Positions 34,942-45,032 of a stretch of DNA of 64,000 nucleotides are shown here, in pieces (within the stretch, counting starts at the first letter, position 1; the number at the start of each line of letters is the position of its first letter). This DNA is from Vulcanimicrobiota bacterium (lineage in GTDB: Bacteria; Vulcanimicrobiota; Xenobia; Xenobiales; JADMJV01), in the NCBI GenBank assembly GCA_050250895.1, contig JBFWNU010000005.1, positions 224,001 to 288,000 of the forward strand, written 5' to 3'. Below the pieces are notes generated by a model. The model had not been told where the DNA came from. It worked only from the letters and a program-made list of their open reading frames with translations, and made no database searches. Both the position numbers and the translations under genes were made by a program.

Positions 34942-37599
34942 GTGCTAACAGTGAAGCTAAGCCCCATGCTGGATAGCTTCGACCCCAGCGGGCTTGCCTC
35001 CCCCCGAGAGTGCGTCGAGGAACTGCGCGGACTCGGCCTGGAACTGGGCTTTCGGGCGGGTGCTCGCCTGTTCTCGCTGAGCCAACGCGGAGTGCGCTTC
35101 TCGCTTGCTTTTCTCGAGGCTGCGGCCGAAGGAGGGCCAGAGCAGCGACTGCTGATGGACCCGGGCTGGAATGCCCTCGAGCAACCCCAGCAGAGCCAGG
35201 TCGAAGCGTTGGTGGGCGATTGTCAGGCGGTAGTGGTGGCCGCCGGAGGTCTACTCCATGTCTTGACCCCGGACGAGGCTCCCAGCCCGACGGCTTTGGT
35301 TCACGCCTCGTCCGAGTCGCTCTTGAGTTCGGTGGCCGGTGGGGCCGACCCCCACGCCTTTTCGGGCATTCTCTGGGACCGGCGCAAGATGGAGCAGGCC
35401 TCGCTGTGCCTACTCGACGGCGAAGATCCCGATGAGTTGGTCGAGAGTTTTCGCTACCTGTTTCGAGCCCTGGTGACCAGCGGCCAGAGTCCGATGGATT
35501 TGATGGTCACGGCCCTGAAGCGGGGGAAGCAAGAGCTGTCGCTCGAGGTGGCTCGGCAGGTGCAAGAGCATCTCAATCGGGAGCTGGGTCGGGCCCTGCG
35601 AGCGGTGGTCTCGGCCGAGCCAAAGCCAATGCAGTCGGCCCTCAACTATCTGCTGGGCGAAGACGGTCGGGCCTGGGCCGAAGTGCTGGCGGTGGTGCTG
35701 TTGCCGGCCCTGCGTGGAGTGGTTTCGCAACCCGAGGGTCGCGCGGTCGTGTTCGCGGTGCTCGAGCAGACGGTCGAGCGCATCGGTACCGACCCCCGCG
35801 AGGTCGAGTCGTTTCTCGACGCTCTGGTCGACGAGATGCCCCGCCTGAGCCTGACCCAACGACTGGGTTTCGCTCGCTTTTTGGAGAAGCTGCAGAGCGT
35901 CTATCCGGCCGTGACCACCTATCTGCTGACCCAGCTCAAAGTGGCTCGTAGCCCTCAGGATGCCGCCTTCTTTGGGCACGTGCTCTCGCGCATGCAGCTT
36001 TCGGCCGAGGAGAAGGGCGAATGTCTCGAGCGGATGGTCGAGCTGTTTTCGGGTCAGGGCCTCGAGACAGCCCTGGAAGAACGGCTCAAGAACACCTTCG
36101 TCAGCCTGGGGGCGGCCGCGCTGGAACGTCTCTCGGACCCGTTCTTGCTGCGCCGGCTGGGGCCCGCCCGCCGCATGGATGTCATCGCCCTCTGGAATCG
36201 CTTTCGGGCTGAGGGGCTCGAGATGCCGGACCAGAGTGTTTTCGTCGAGTTGGCTCTGACGGCTGTCCGCGACCGGCGCCGCGATACCGTGTTGGCGTTG
36301 GTGCGCTCGGGCCAGATGACTCACCCCGCCCTGGTCAAGGGCCTCCGGGCCGACCCCCATCCCGAGGAGCTGGTGTCGTATTTCACCGGCGAGGCTTTTC
36401 GGTTGGAAGAGCCTGATGACGAGGAAGTCTTTCGTCTGCTGGCGGTGTTTGGCGCGTTGCCCCTCGAGAAACCCTTCGCCAGGCTGCGCCAGGAGGCCGC
36501 CCTCGGCTCGGCGGCCGCGGCCCATCGGTTGCTGTTTTTTGCTCGCCTGGCCAGTCACCTCGAGCTGGACAAAAAGGGGCGAAAGCGCCTGGTGGCGATG
36601 GTGGCCGAGCTGCTCGATTTCAAGATTTACAATCCAGGCAGCCATCCCAACGTCTGGCTCGGATTGGGCTATCTCGGTGCCCTGCGGGGGCTGCCTCCCC
36701 AGCTGGTTCGGCGCAGTCTGGAGTTGGTCTCGGCTGACCTCGAGCAACATCCCGACCAGAAGGTCGAAGCGCTGCTGCGCATCTATCCCCACGCTTCTCA
36801 AGAGCAACGAGTCCACACCGAAGAAGCTCTGCGTTCGATCTTCGCCTCGGAGAGTTCGTTACGAACGGTGCTCAAGGCGTGCTTGTCAGGGCTCGAGCAA
36901 CTTCTCCACCGGGGCGAGTTTTTGGTCGAGCCCGAGAAGCTGGTGGCCGACCTGTGCCGCACGGTGCTCTTCAAAGGACGCGAACAGAACCTTCAGCAGG
37001 TGATGCGGCAGGCGCTTTCCTACGCCACCGAAGGAGACGGCGTGCGTCGACCTACCGTGTGGGACCGGGAAGACCGTGAGCAGGCGCTGCGGATTCTGGG
37101 AGCCATCGTGGTTCATCCCGCCACCGACGAGCGTCTCCACCGCATGGTGCTGGTGCGCCTGTTCTCGTTTCTCCAGGATTGGCTCGACGAGGTCGAGCGG
37201 GGTAAAGACCTTTATGCCTGCCGCGACACGGCCTTGTTCGATCTGCTCGATCCGGCCCTGCGCCAACGGCCCGGAGAGGTGGGCTTTGACTATGCCGGCG
37301 AGGTGGGCTGGAAGCTCATCGAACTGCATCGGCGCGTGCCGCATCAGCTCAACCTCGAGTGGCGCGAGTCGGCCCAACGCTTCCTGTTGACTCTGGTCGA
37401 GCTGGATGTGGGTGCCGAGTTACGCAAGAACGGGGTGCGGGTGGACCTGCCCGATGCTATCCTCAACGCTTTGATGGAACTCGAGCCGGTCGAGGAGCAG
37501 GAGGTTCCGGTCAGTCGCTACCTGCTCTCGACGCTGCATGGTCGGGCTACCCTGCGCAACCCCCTCGAAGAGCGTCTGTGTGAGTATTTGGGGCGCTAA
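34942..37599 (+). CDS. large Leu-rich alpha-helical (HEAT/ARM-like) hypothetical protein
   Basis: 885-aa ORF, L/E/R/A-rich with no catalytic motif recognised. Confidence 0.75.
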   Translation: MLTVKLSPMLDSFDPSGLASPRECVEELRGLGLELGFRAGARLFSLSQRGVRFSLAFLEAAAEGGPEQRLLMDPGWNALEQPQQSQVEALVGDCQAVVVAAGGLLHVLTPDEAPSPTALVHASSESLLSSVAGGADPHAFSGILWDRRKMEQASLCLLDGEDPDELVESFRYLFRALVTSGQSPMDLMVTALKRGKQELSLEVARQVQEHLNRELGRALRAVVSAEPKPMQSALNYLLGEDGRAWAEVLAVVLLPALRGVVSQPEGRAVVFAVLEQTVERIGTDPREVESFLDALVDEMPRLSLTQRLGFARFLEKLQSVYPAVTTYLLTQLKVARSPQDAAFFGHVLSRMQLSAEEKGECLERMVELFSGQGLETALEERLKNTFVSLGAAALERLSDPFLLRRLGPARRMDVIALWNRFRAEGLEMPDQSVFVELALTAVRDRRRDTVLALVRSGQMTHPALVKGLRADPHPEELVSYFTGEAFRLEEPDDEEVFRLLAVFGALPLEKPFARLRQEAALGSAAAAHRLLFFARLASHLELDKKGRKRLVAMVAELLDFKIYNPGSHPNVWLGLGYLGALRGLPPQLVRRSLELVSADLEQHPDQKVEALLRIYPHASQEQRVHTEEALRSIFASESSLRTVLKACLSGLEQLLHRGEFLVEPEKLVADLCRTVLFKGREQNLQQVMRQALSYATEGDGVRRPTVWDREDREQALRILGAIVVHPATDERLHRMVLVRLFSFLQDWLDEVERGKDLYACRDTALFDLLDPALRQRPGEVGFDYAGEVGWKLIELHRRVPHQLNLEWRESAQRFLLTLVELDVGAELRKNGVRVDLPDAILNALMELEPVEEQEVPVSRYLLSTLHGRATLRNPLEERLCEYLGR

Positions 37600-37652
37600 C
37601 CAACACCCTCGAGCGGGCTCGGAGGATGCTGTTGCTCGGCTGGAGCCACCGA

Positions 37653-37700
37653 ATCGCCGGGTTCAAGTTTGATGGCCTGGTCGAGGTCGGCCAGGGCCCC
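37653..37700 (-). pseudogene. TPR-repeat gene fragment
   Basis: Translates GALADLDQAIKLEPGD (TPR helix B consensus) with no start of its own. Confidence 0.35.
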
Positions 37701-37728
37701 GGCTGGCGAGATGGCGCTCGAGCCCCAT

Positions 37729-40700
37729 CTAGCCGATGGCCAGGCGTCCGTCGGGTCGCTCTCTTAGCAGCCCGTTGGGTGATTTCTGCAGCTCCATCAT
37801 GCGCTCGCCGATCTGGTCGGGCCCGACCTTTCTCACCAGCGGGCTCTCGGAGATCTTCTTCTCCTGGGCCGAGATGACGCGAACCTCCATCATCTGGTCG
37901 AAGGGCAGCTCTTCTTCCCCCGAGACCTTGCCCCACTTGTCACCATAGGCGTTGCGTTTGGTGGTGCTCAGCAAGGCGGCGAAGGCGGCCAGCTGGTCGA
38001 CCTCAGAGGTCTTGAGCAGGCTGTCGAGCTTGGCCCGGATCTGGTCAAACAGCTTCTCGCGCAAAGGGTGGGTCTGAGACAGCTTGAGGATGACCATGTA
38101 GCGGTCGCCCAGGGGATGGGGACGCATCTGGAAGCCATCCCGCTCCATCCACAGATACTCGCCGGCGCGGAACTCGAGAATATCGAACATGCAGCCCAGT
38201 ACGTAGCATTCGTGGGCCTCTTCCAGAGCTACCCGCTCTTCCTTGGTAAGGATGGCGAGATCGGGAAACTTCTTGTCCTGGCATTCGATGTGAAGACACT
38301 CGCCTTCAGTGTAAAGTTTGAGGTACGAGTCGCGCAGATCCAGTACCCGCGAGACGTAGTTGATAGGAAAGCCACCGGCCTCTTGATAAAAGATGATTTC
38401 GCTGGTGTCCGGGATGGGATAGAAGCGCACGTCGCTCTTGATCTCGCGGGTCACGTACTGGCGGAACTTGTCGACATGCGAGGTGACCTCGGAGGCGTCG
38501 GCAGGGGTCATACCCGGCCCCGGCCCCGGCACGCCCACCATCGGATGAATTTGCTCGTCGGGCAAGCGGAAGGTGCCCAACACCCCGCTGCGGGTGGCCC
38601 AGAAGGCCGACCGCGAGATCATCTGGCGCAGGTGGTTGCCGCGGGTCTGCTCGTCCATAGTGGAAAACAGCACCTTCACCACGTGGAAATCGTTGCGGAT
38701 GGGCTCGAACACCTTGCGCGACTCGCCCAGCAGGGCCCGCGTCCACTCTTCGGTGCGACCGCCGGCGATGTCGCTCGACAACCCCGACACGGTGCGCTCG
38801 AGGCGCCTCAAGACCGAGTCAGAGACCTGCTTGAGTTTGTCGCCCTTGATATAGGCCGGATAGTAGCGCTTCTCGATATCGGTGGCCTCGTACAACACCA
38901 GGCTGTGCGGAGCGGAGTCTTTCTGGCTGAAGTAAGAAAACCCGCGCTTGAGTTCTTCGGCCATGCGATCGAGATCGCGAGTGAGTTGACCCAGCTGGTC
39001 GACCAGCCCGCCGCCCCGCCGGCCGTCGGGCCGCACACTGCCCTGGATGAAATCGATCAGGCGCTGGCACAGGCCTTTTCCCTCGTTATAGGCCCGCTCT
39101 TGCAGCAGGCAACGTAAAGAACCGGGAGCCCGGTTATCGCCCACCTGAGCCGATAGATAACGGTCGGTGAGGTAGTTGAGGATGGTGCCTTTGCGTCCGT
39201 CCCAGTTGGTGCGGGCCTGGTAGCGCCCCACTTCGGAAAGGCTGCGGGTGACCTCGGCGATGCGGCGCCGATACTTCTCTTGAATGTCGGTCGACTTCTT
39301 ATCGAAACTGGCCTGGATGGTCTTGAGCTGGGCGGCCGTCTCGTTGAGTACGGCCTGGGCGTATTCGATGCTGTGGCCTTTGCCGTCGACCAGCTCGAAG
39401 GCCGAGTCGCGCAAAGCCTTGCTGGCCCGGTCAAACAGCGCGTCTTGATTGGCTCGCATGGTACGAGGATAGTGGCCCCACTGCTCGGGCTCAGGACCGA
39501 GCTTTTCAGACCACAGGCGTTTCTCTTCGTCTTCGGACTTCTCGGCCAGAAAATCACGCAGAGGCTGGCGCTTCTGGCTGTGTTCGCCGCGGTTGACGGC
39601 CTGCAAGACACCGGCCTTCCATTGGGTCAACTCGCGCAACAAGCCGGCCGCTTTACCCTTGGCGGGGTCGGCCAGACCGCCGTCGTCGAGCAGGGCAAAC
39701 AGGATATCGTGACGCTTTTCGTCTTCGCTCAGTTTAACCCGGTCGAGAAAGTCCTCGCGCACGAAACGAGGCACATCGGCGGGGTTGAAGCTGCCAGCAG
39801 TGGTGCCGCCCCAGGTCTGTAGGATCTCGGAGGCCAGCTTGTAGGAGCAAGCGGTGATGATGCGGTCGTGGGGCACCACGATGGTCGACATGCCGAGCGA
39901 GCCGTAGCGCTGGATGAAGTGCTGCTTGAAGGTCGGATGCTCGTAGTCGTAGGTCTTGTTCATGTACTGGCGCAGGTTGACCCGAGCGCTGCGCTTGTGG
40001 TCGGCAAACTCGCCGTGGGAGAAATCTTTGAAGATGGCATCAGCCAGCAGTTCGAAGACCAGTTCTTGACTGCCCGGCTGACCGCCGGTGACCTGGCCGG
40101 CCGCGTTTTGATTGTCGAACACGTAGGTGTAGTCAAAGGGCGGAATGGGGATGCGGCTGATCTTGTCACGCTCCCACTCGACCGGAAAAATGTTGGCGCC
40201 GCCATAGCTGAAATAGTTCAGTTCCTTGAGCAGGGCATAGCTGTTGGCGCGCATCTTCTCGTTGGTGACGGCTCCGAAGTGATCGGGAAAGACCAGAAAC
40301 GACGAAGTGGTCAGGTTGCCCTCTTGAAAGACATCCTTGACCAGAAAGGCCATGTCCATCAGCATGCCCGAGCCGGTGCCGCCCGCGATCGAGCAGACGA
40401 TGTAGACATTGGTGGGCTGGTTGAACTCGACCTGGGCCAGCAGACCCAGCTCTTTGAGCAGGGGCGAACTCATCATGCGCTCGGCCGAGAGCGGGTCGCG
40501 AATCTTGCGGTTGGCCTCGACCACGGCTGCTCGAATGTCGCGATAGTGATGGAAGAAAGCCAGGCGACTGTAAGCACGGATCTGGCCGGCGCCTTCGTTC
40601 ATCTGGCCCAGGGCCGATAGCCCCGGATACCACCAGCGGTCGATGTGGGCGTAGTTGGGCTCTTTGAGGTTGTTGGTGATGACGGTGGTGTCGGCCACCG

Positions 40701-40956
40701 TGACCATCAACCGCTCGGTATCGGTCATGCGCACATACTCGCGCACTTCCTTGCCCAGAATGTGCTTCTCGCTGCGGTCGGTATCGAGCCACAGATAGCC
40801 CACAATCGGAAACTCGGCCAGGCTGCCGTACTTCTCGTAAAAGCGTTTGCGCACGCGCAAGACCACATCGCCACCGGTGCCGCCCAACCCGATGATCAGG
40901 GTGGGGCGGATGCGGACAAGATCGGCTCCTGCGCCGGGGGTATTCTGTTCGGCCAT
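37729..40956 (-). CDS. tubulin-like (Tubulin_2 family) GTPase domain protein with long helical C-terminus
   Basis: PTLIIGLGGTG, GAGQIR..SRLAF, SIAGGTGSG (tubulin signature) and ANSYALLKEL motifs. Confidence 0.88.
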   Translation of the reverse strand: MAEQNTPGAGADLVRIRPTLIIGLGGTGGDVVLRVRKRFYEKYGSLAEFPIVGYLWLDTDRSEKHILGKEVREYVRMTDTERLMVTVADTTVITNNLKEPNYAHIDRWWYPGLSALGQMNEGAGQIRAYSRLAFFHHYRDIRAAVVEANRKIRDPLSAERMMSSPLLKELGLLAQVEFNQPTNVYIVCSIAGGTGSGMLMDMAFLVKDVFQEGNLTTSSFLVFPDHFGAVTNEKMRANSYALLKELNYFSYGGANIFPVEWERDKISRIPIPPFDYTYVFDNQNAAGQVTGGQPGSQELVFELLADAIFKDFSHGEFADHKRSARVNLRQYMNKTYDYEHPTFKQHFIQRYGSLGMSTIVVPHDRIITACSYKLASEILQTWGGTTAGSFNPADVPRFVREDFLDRVKLSEDEKRHDILFALLDDGGLADPAKGKAAGLLRELTQWKAGVLQAVNRGEHSQKRQPLRDFLAEKSEDEEKRLWSEKLGPEPEQWGHYPRTMRANQDALFDRASKALRDSAFELVDGKGHSIEYAQAVLNETAAQLKTIQASFDKKSTDIQEKYRRRIAEVTRSLSEVGRYQARTNWDGRKGTILNYLTDRYLSAQVGDNRAPGSLRCLLQERAYNEGKGLCQRLIDFIQGSVRPDGRRGGGLVDQLGQLTRDLDRMAEELKRGFSYFSQKDSAPHSLVLYEATDIEKRYYPAYIKGDKLKQVSDSVLRRLERTVSGLSSDIAGGRTEEWTRALLGESRKVFEPIRNDFHVVKVLFSTMDEQTRGNHLRQMISRSAFWATRSGVLGTFRLPDEQIHPMVGVPGPGPGMTPADASEVTSHVDKFRQYVTREIKSDVRFYPIPDTSEIIFYQEAGGFPINYVSRVLDLRDSYLKLYTEGECLHIECQDKKFPDLAILTKEERVALEEAHECYVLGCMFDILEFRAGEYLWMERDGFQMRPHPLGDRYMVILKLSQTHPLREKLFDQIRAKLDSLLKTSEVDQLAAFAALLSTTKRNAYGDKWGKVSGEEELPFDQMMEVRVISAQEKKISESPLVRKVGPDQIGERMMELQKSPNGLLRERPDGRLAIG

Positions 40957-40957
40957 G

Positions 40958-41737
40958 CTACCTCTTCGTCATCATCAGACCGAGGCTATAGCCGAGTCCG
41001 ACCAGTAGGATGTAACCACCCGCCACCAGCAGGTAGATGTAGTATTGCTGCTGCCACACCACATAAGGAAAGAAGTAGAGCAGCGGCACCACCACCGCCA
41101 GCGACAACCAGCCGATCAGCACCAGCATGTTCGAGGCCGCCTCGGCGCTAGAGACGGTCATCTGGCGGTTGAAAAGCATGCGACCAAAAAGAGACCGTCC
41201 GAACCACAGGTAAATCAGGATGGCGGCGCACAGGGCGAAGGCCACGATGGCCATCCACTCCCAGTTGGCGTGCGGGGCCAGGCGATCGGTCTGGAGCTCT
41301 TCGCTGGGCGTCTGGTTGCCGGCCATCCAGGCCCCCTCGAGAAAGGGCGATTCGTATTTCTTGCCTTCTTCCTCCTCTACCAGTTTCAGACTGTAGCTGA
41401 TGGGATTGCGGCCAGCGTCGCTAAAGACCACGAACTGGACCTTGGCCACCCCGTCGCTGATGGGAAAGAGCAGGGGTTCGATGGGGTCACCCTTGGTGGG
41501 GTACTCTACTCCCGACGAACTCAAGACCTCGTAAGCGTCAAGTTTGGCTTGCTGGTCATCGCCCGTCAGCAGACGGACCGCCACCCAGGCTTTGCCGTTT
41601 TCTACCAAATAGGGGCGCTCGAAGTTGTCTTTGACGCGAAATTCGGTGGTCTCGAGAGTAAATTCGGCATCTTGCGCCCAAGCCAGGCCCGGAAGCAACA
41701 GGTAGAGGACCAACAAAAGACAGAATGGCGCTCTCAC
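40958..41737 (-). CDS. membrane protein: signal peptide, extracytoplasmic beta domain, ~3 C-terminal TMs
   Basis: GTG 41737 with LLLVLYLLLPGLAWA-Q signal; the stop is 1 nt from the tubulin-like start. Confidence 0.75.
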   Translation of the reverse strand: MRAPFCLLLVLYLLLPGLAWAQDAEFTLETTEFRVKDNFERPYLVENGKAWVAVRLLTGDDQQAKLDAYEVLSSSGVEYPTKGDPIEPLLFPISDGVAKVQFVVFSDAGRNPISYSLKLVEEEEGKKYESPFLEGAWMAGNQTPSEELQTDRLAPHANWEWMAIVAFALCAAILIYLWFGRSLFGRMLFNRQMTVSSAEAASNMLVLIGWLSLAVVVPLLYFFPYVVWQQQYYIYLLVAGGYILLVGLGYSLGLMMTKR

Positions 41738-41771
41738 GGCCGAACATTCCCTCCAGAGACTAGAACTTCCT

Positions 41772-42228
41772 TCAATCCCAGACCAGCTCTCCATAGCCCT
41801 CTTCGGCCATCTTCTCTTTGGGAATAAAGCGCAACGAGGCCGAGTTGATGCAGTAGCGCAGTCCGGTCGGGGCTGGACCGTCGGGAAAAACGTGGCCCAG
41901 GTGGGCGTCCGAGGTCTTGGAGCGCACCTCGGTGCGCACCATGCCGTGGCTGCGATCCACGATTTCGACAACTTCTTCGGCTTCGGCCGGCTGGGTGAAG
42001 CTGGGCCACCCCGTGCCCGAATCGAATTTGTGGCGAGACAGAAATAAGGGCTTTCCCGAGATGACATCCACATAAAAGCCCTTCGGCTTTATGGTTCCAA
42101 TAGGCGTTGTCAAACGGCCGCTCGGTGCCGTTCTCTTTGGTGATACGATACTGCTCGGGAGTCAGCAGGCGGCGGAGTTCTTCGTCACTCTCCGGCAACC
42201 CGCATCCCCCGCTGGAAGGTGTACTCAT
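41772..42228 (-). CDS. msrB: peptide-methionine (R)-S-oxide reductase MsrB, split by a frameshift at ~42075
   Basis: [16 protein letters not shown] in one frame; [22 protein letters not shown]...[20 protein letters not shown] in another. Confidence 0.9.
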
Positions 42229-42253
42229 ATCGGGGTCGTTTCCCCCAGCCGGC

Positions 42254-43060
42254 TCAGGATCCTGTCGCCGAGTCCAGCAGAAACCTCTCCAGGGCGGCGG
42301 TCACACCATGCTCATAGAAGGACGGTGCCACCCAGTCGGCCGCCTGCTGCACGGCCGGGGTCGCCTGCCCCATGGCTACCGAGAGCCCCGCCAGGGCGAA
42401 CATCGGCAGGTCGTTGTCGTTGTCGCCGACCACCATGGTTTCGCCCGGCTCGATGGCTAGCAGCTCTAGCAGTTTGGCCAGACCGCTTCCTTTGTTGACG
42501 CCGGCGGCGGTGCCCTCGATGAGGCGGGCGTGGGTGCGCACCACCGCGATCTCAGGCTCCATCAGAAGCCTCAGCTGTGCTTCGATATCGGGCTCGTTGA
42601 CCACGATAAACTTGACCAGGGGCTCTCCTGCGAGCGCCCGGGACAGGTCGGGCCTGACCACTCTTCCCGCCCCGAACAGGTGGTCGTACACGGCGGCTGG
42701 CTCGGTCTCTTTGTTCTGCACGATCGTGTCGTGACTATAGGCGGCCACCACGTGGTGGCTTCGGTCAGCCCAGGCCAGGGCTGACCGAGCGGCCTCATCA
42801 GGGATGGTCTTTTGCCACACAACCCCTTGCGCGCCACCCACCACCGCTCCCTGACTGGTGACCAGCGGCAGGTCGATGCCCAGGGCCTGGGCGCGCGGAG
42901 CAGCGTATTCCAGCGTGCGACCGGTAGCCAGCGTGACTCCGATGCCGCGTTCGAGCACCCGAGCCACGGCCTTCACCACCGGCTCGGCGATGGGCACCTC
43001 TCGATCTGGATCGAGCACGGTACCGTCGAGATCCAGCACGCACAGGCGAATGGGTTTCAT
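42254..43060 (-). CDS. Cof-type HAD-IIB hydrolase
   Basis: DLDGT, ATGR, KGSGL and GDNDNDLPM motifs. Confidence 0.92.
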   Translation of the reverse strand: MKPIRLCVLDLDGTVLDPDREVPIAEPVVKAVARVLERGIGVTLATGRTLEYAAPRAQALGIDLPLVTSQGAVVGGAQGVVWQKTIPDEAARSALAWADRSHHVVAAYSHDTIVQNKETEPAAVYDHLFGAGRVVRPDLSRALAGEPLVKFIVVNEPDIEAQLRLLMEPEIAVVRTHARLIEGTAAGVNKGSGLAKLLELLAIEPGETMVVGDNDNDLPMFALAGLSVAMGQATPAVQQAADWVAPSFYEHGVTAALERFLLDSATGS

Positions 43061-43118
43061 GGGCCCCTCTTTTCCAGCCCCTCCAGGGGGCCGCCTGCCG
43101 GCCAGAGAATGGCCGGCC

Positions 43119-44348
43119 ATGCGAATCTTCTGGCTTTGCCTGTTACTGCTCGCTCCGGCCTGGGCTCGCCCGGTGGTGCTCGTTTCCATTGACGGCTGCC
43201 GACCCGAATTCTACCAGAGCGACCAATTCCAGACTCCGACGCTGCATCGGCTGGCCGCCGAAGGCCGCTCGGCCGACAAGATGCTGTCGGTGTTTCCTAC
43301 TTTGACCTATCCCAACCACACCAGCATGATGACCGGAGTGCCCTCGGCCGTCCACGGGATCGAGAGCAACGTGGTCAACCTCATGAAGCCGGGTCGGGTC
43401 TATAATTGGGAGGCGAGCAAGGTGAAGGTTCCCACCCTCTACCATGTGGCCTACGATGCTGGTCTGCGAACAGCCCTGCTGGCCTGGCCCGTCACCGTGG
43501 GCGCCCAGGCTACCCTGCTGGCTCCCGAGATTTTCCATGTGCCCGGTTTTGTGGAAGAGTCGACCGCCGAACTCCTGGCCAGGCACAGCACGCCTGGCCT
43601 TCTTCAGCGCTTTGCCGTCGAAATGCCCACGGACTTTCCTGGCTGGGACGAGCAACTCACTCGGGTGGTGGTCCAGTTGCTCGCCGATCACGAGGTCGAC
43701 TTTCTGGCCGTGCACATCATCCAGGTCGACGAGGCTCAGCATCGCCACGGTCCTGACTCGCCCGAGGCGGCCGAAGCGATCGCTCGAGTCGACGGTCTCA
43801 TCGCCCGCATGGTGGCGGCCGACCCTGAGGCCACCTTCGTCATCGCCGGCGACCACGGTTTTCGCTCTTATCACAGCCTGCTCTTCCCCAACCAGATGCT
43901 CAAGTTGGCGGGAATCGAGGACTCTTATGTCCACGCCAGTGGCGGCAGTGGCGCGGTCTACACGGGGCGGGCCGACCTCGAGCAGTTCTTTGCCCAGCGG
44001 GCGGCCGGTCGTTACCGGATCTTGTCGAGGGCCGAACTCGACGAGCTAGCCGCCTTTCCGGGCGCGGCCTTCGGCCTGTTGGCCAACGACGGAGTGGCCT
44101 TCTCCTCGAACTTCGAAGACGACAAGACCATCGACCCGCCCCGAGGGCAGCATGGTCATCTGCCCATCGATGTGCCGACCGGACTGATCCTGTGGGGCAA
44201 AGAGTTTTCCCCGGGCCCGCTCGGCACGGTCGAAATCCTCGACCTGGCTCCCACCCTGGCTCATCTGCTGGGCATCAAGATGCCGGGGCTACTTGGGAAA
44301 GACCTGGTGCCAGAAGTTCTCGATGGGTCCGGTCAGCGCCTCAGGTAG
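43119..44348 (+). CDS. secreted alkaline phosphatase-superfamily nucleotide pyrophosphatase/phosphodiesterase
   Basis: Sec signal; ISIDG-like VSIDG, PTLTYPNH..MMTG, DEAQH, GDHG and GQHG motifs. Confidence 0.9.
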   Translation: MRIFWLCLLLLAPAWARPVVLVSIDGCRPEFYQSDQFQTPTLHRLAAEGRSADKMLSVFPTLTYPNHTSMMTGVPSAVHGIESNVVNLMKPGRVYNWEASKVKVPTLYHVAYDAGLRTALLAWPVTVGAQATLLAPEIFHVPGFVEESTAELLARHSTPGLLQRFAVEMPTDFPGWDEQLTRVVVQLLADHEVDFLAVHIIQVDEAQHRHGPDSPEAAEAIARVDGLIARMVAADPEATFVIAGDHGFRSYHSLLFPNQMLKLAGIEDSYVHASGGSGAVYTGRADLEQFFAQRAAGRYRILSRAELDELAAFPGAAFGLLANDGVAFSSNFEDDKTIDPPRGQHGHLPIDVPTGLILWGKEFSPGPLGTVEILDLAPTLAHLLGIKMPGLLGKDLVPEVLDGSGQRLR

Positions 44349-44624
44349 ATAGGGCCAGCCCACCGCCACGCCCAGAAAGATGGCCAGCCAGACGGCCGTG
44401 CTGATCAGCTTGCGCTGAAAGCGCCAGGCGGCCATCTCCTTCTCTTCTTCGGCCATCTTCTCGACCCGCACATTGGCGGCCAGCCGCTTCTGGTGGCACT
44501 CGACGCCGCAGAAATTGCCCTCTTCGCTGGGCAAGGTGCACTCGTCGCAGAGCGGTTTTAGACAGGCCGCGCAGCGGGCGGTGGCCAGACGTTCTTGGTG
44601 TTTGAGGCAATAAGATTCAGCCAT
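44289..44624 (-). CDS. B-box-like zinc-finger membrane protein
   Basis: CLKH...CAAC.KPLCDEC...FC..EC, coiled coil and C-terminal TM. Confidence 0.75.
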   Translation of the reverse strand: MAESYCLKHQERLATARCAACLKPLCDECTLPSEEGNFCGVECHQKRLAANVRVEKMAEEEKEMAAWRFQRKLISTAVWLAIFLGVAVGWPYLPEALTGPIENFWHQVFPK

Positions 44625-44718
44625 GATGGCATGATTCTGCACCTGTGGCCGGCGCCCTGGCGGGCTTCCCTTTCTAATGCAGGAGTCATCGCCAAGATTG
44701 GCCGAACCTTTCCTGACC

Positions 44719-45024
44719 ATGCAGCTCTTCGCCGCGGCCCTGTCGGCTATGTTCGGTTCGCTCCTCGCCACCCCGCTGGCCGAGCGAATTGACCAATGCC
44801 CGCACCGGCTGGCGGTGTGGCTGGGGGGGTTGGTTCCGGCGGGCGCTTTTCTGGCCTGGGGCCTGTGGAGAGACCCCTCTCCCCTGGCTGCCGTGCCCGC
44901 TCTGTTCGTGGGCGGAGGAGGGTTTCTCGGGGCTGGCTTGCTGGCTCATCGATCACCGGCCGTGACCGCTGGGGGGGCCGCCCTCGGGGCAGCCCTGGGG
45001 GCTTTCGCCTTCGCCAGGCTGTAA
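44719..45024 (+). CDS. small polytopic membrane protein
   Basis: Strongly hydrophobic ORF directly upstream of the TPR gene; the start could be 44677. Confidence 0.55.
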   Translation: MQLFAAALSAMFGSLLATPLAERIDQCPHRLAVWLGGLVPAGAFLAWGLWRDPSPLAAVPALFVGGGGFLGAGLLAHRSPAVTAGGAALGAALGAFAFARL

Positions 45025-45032
45025 GGGGGTCC

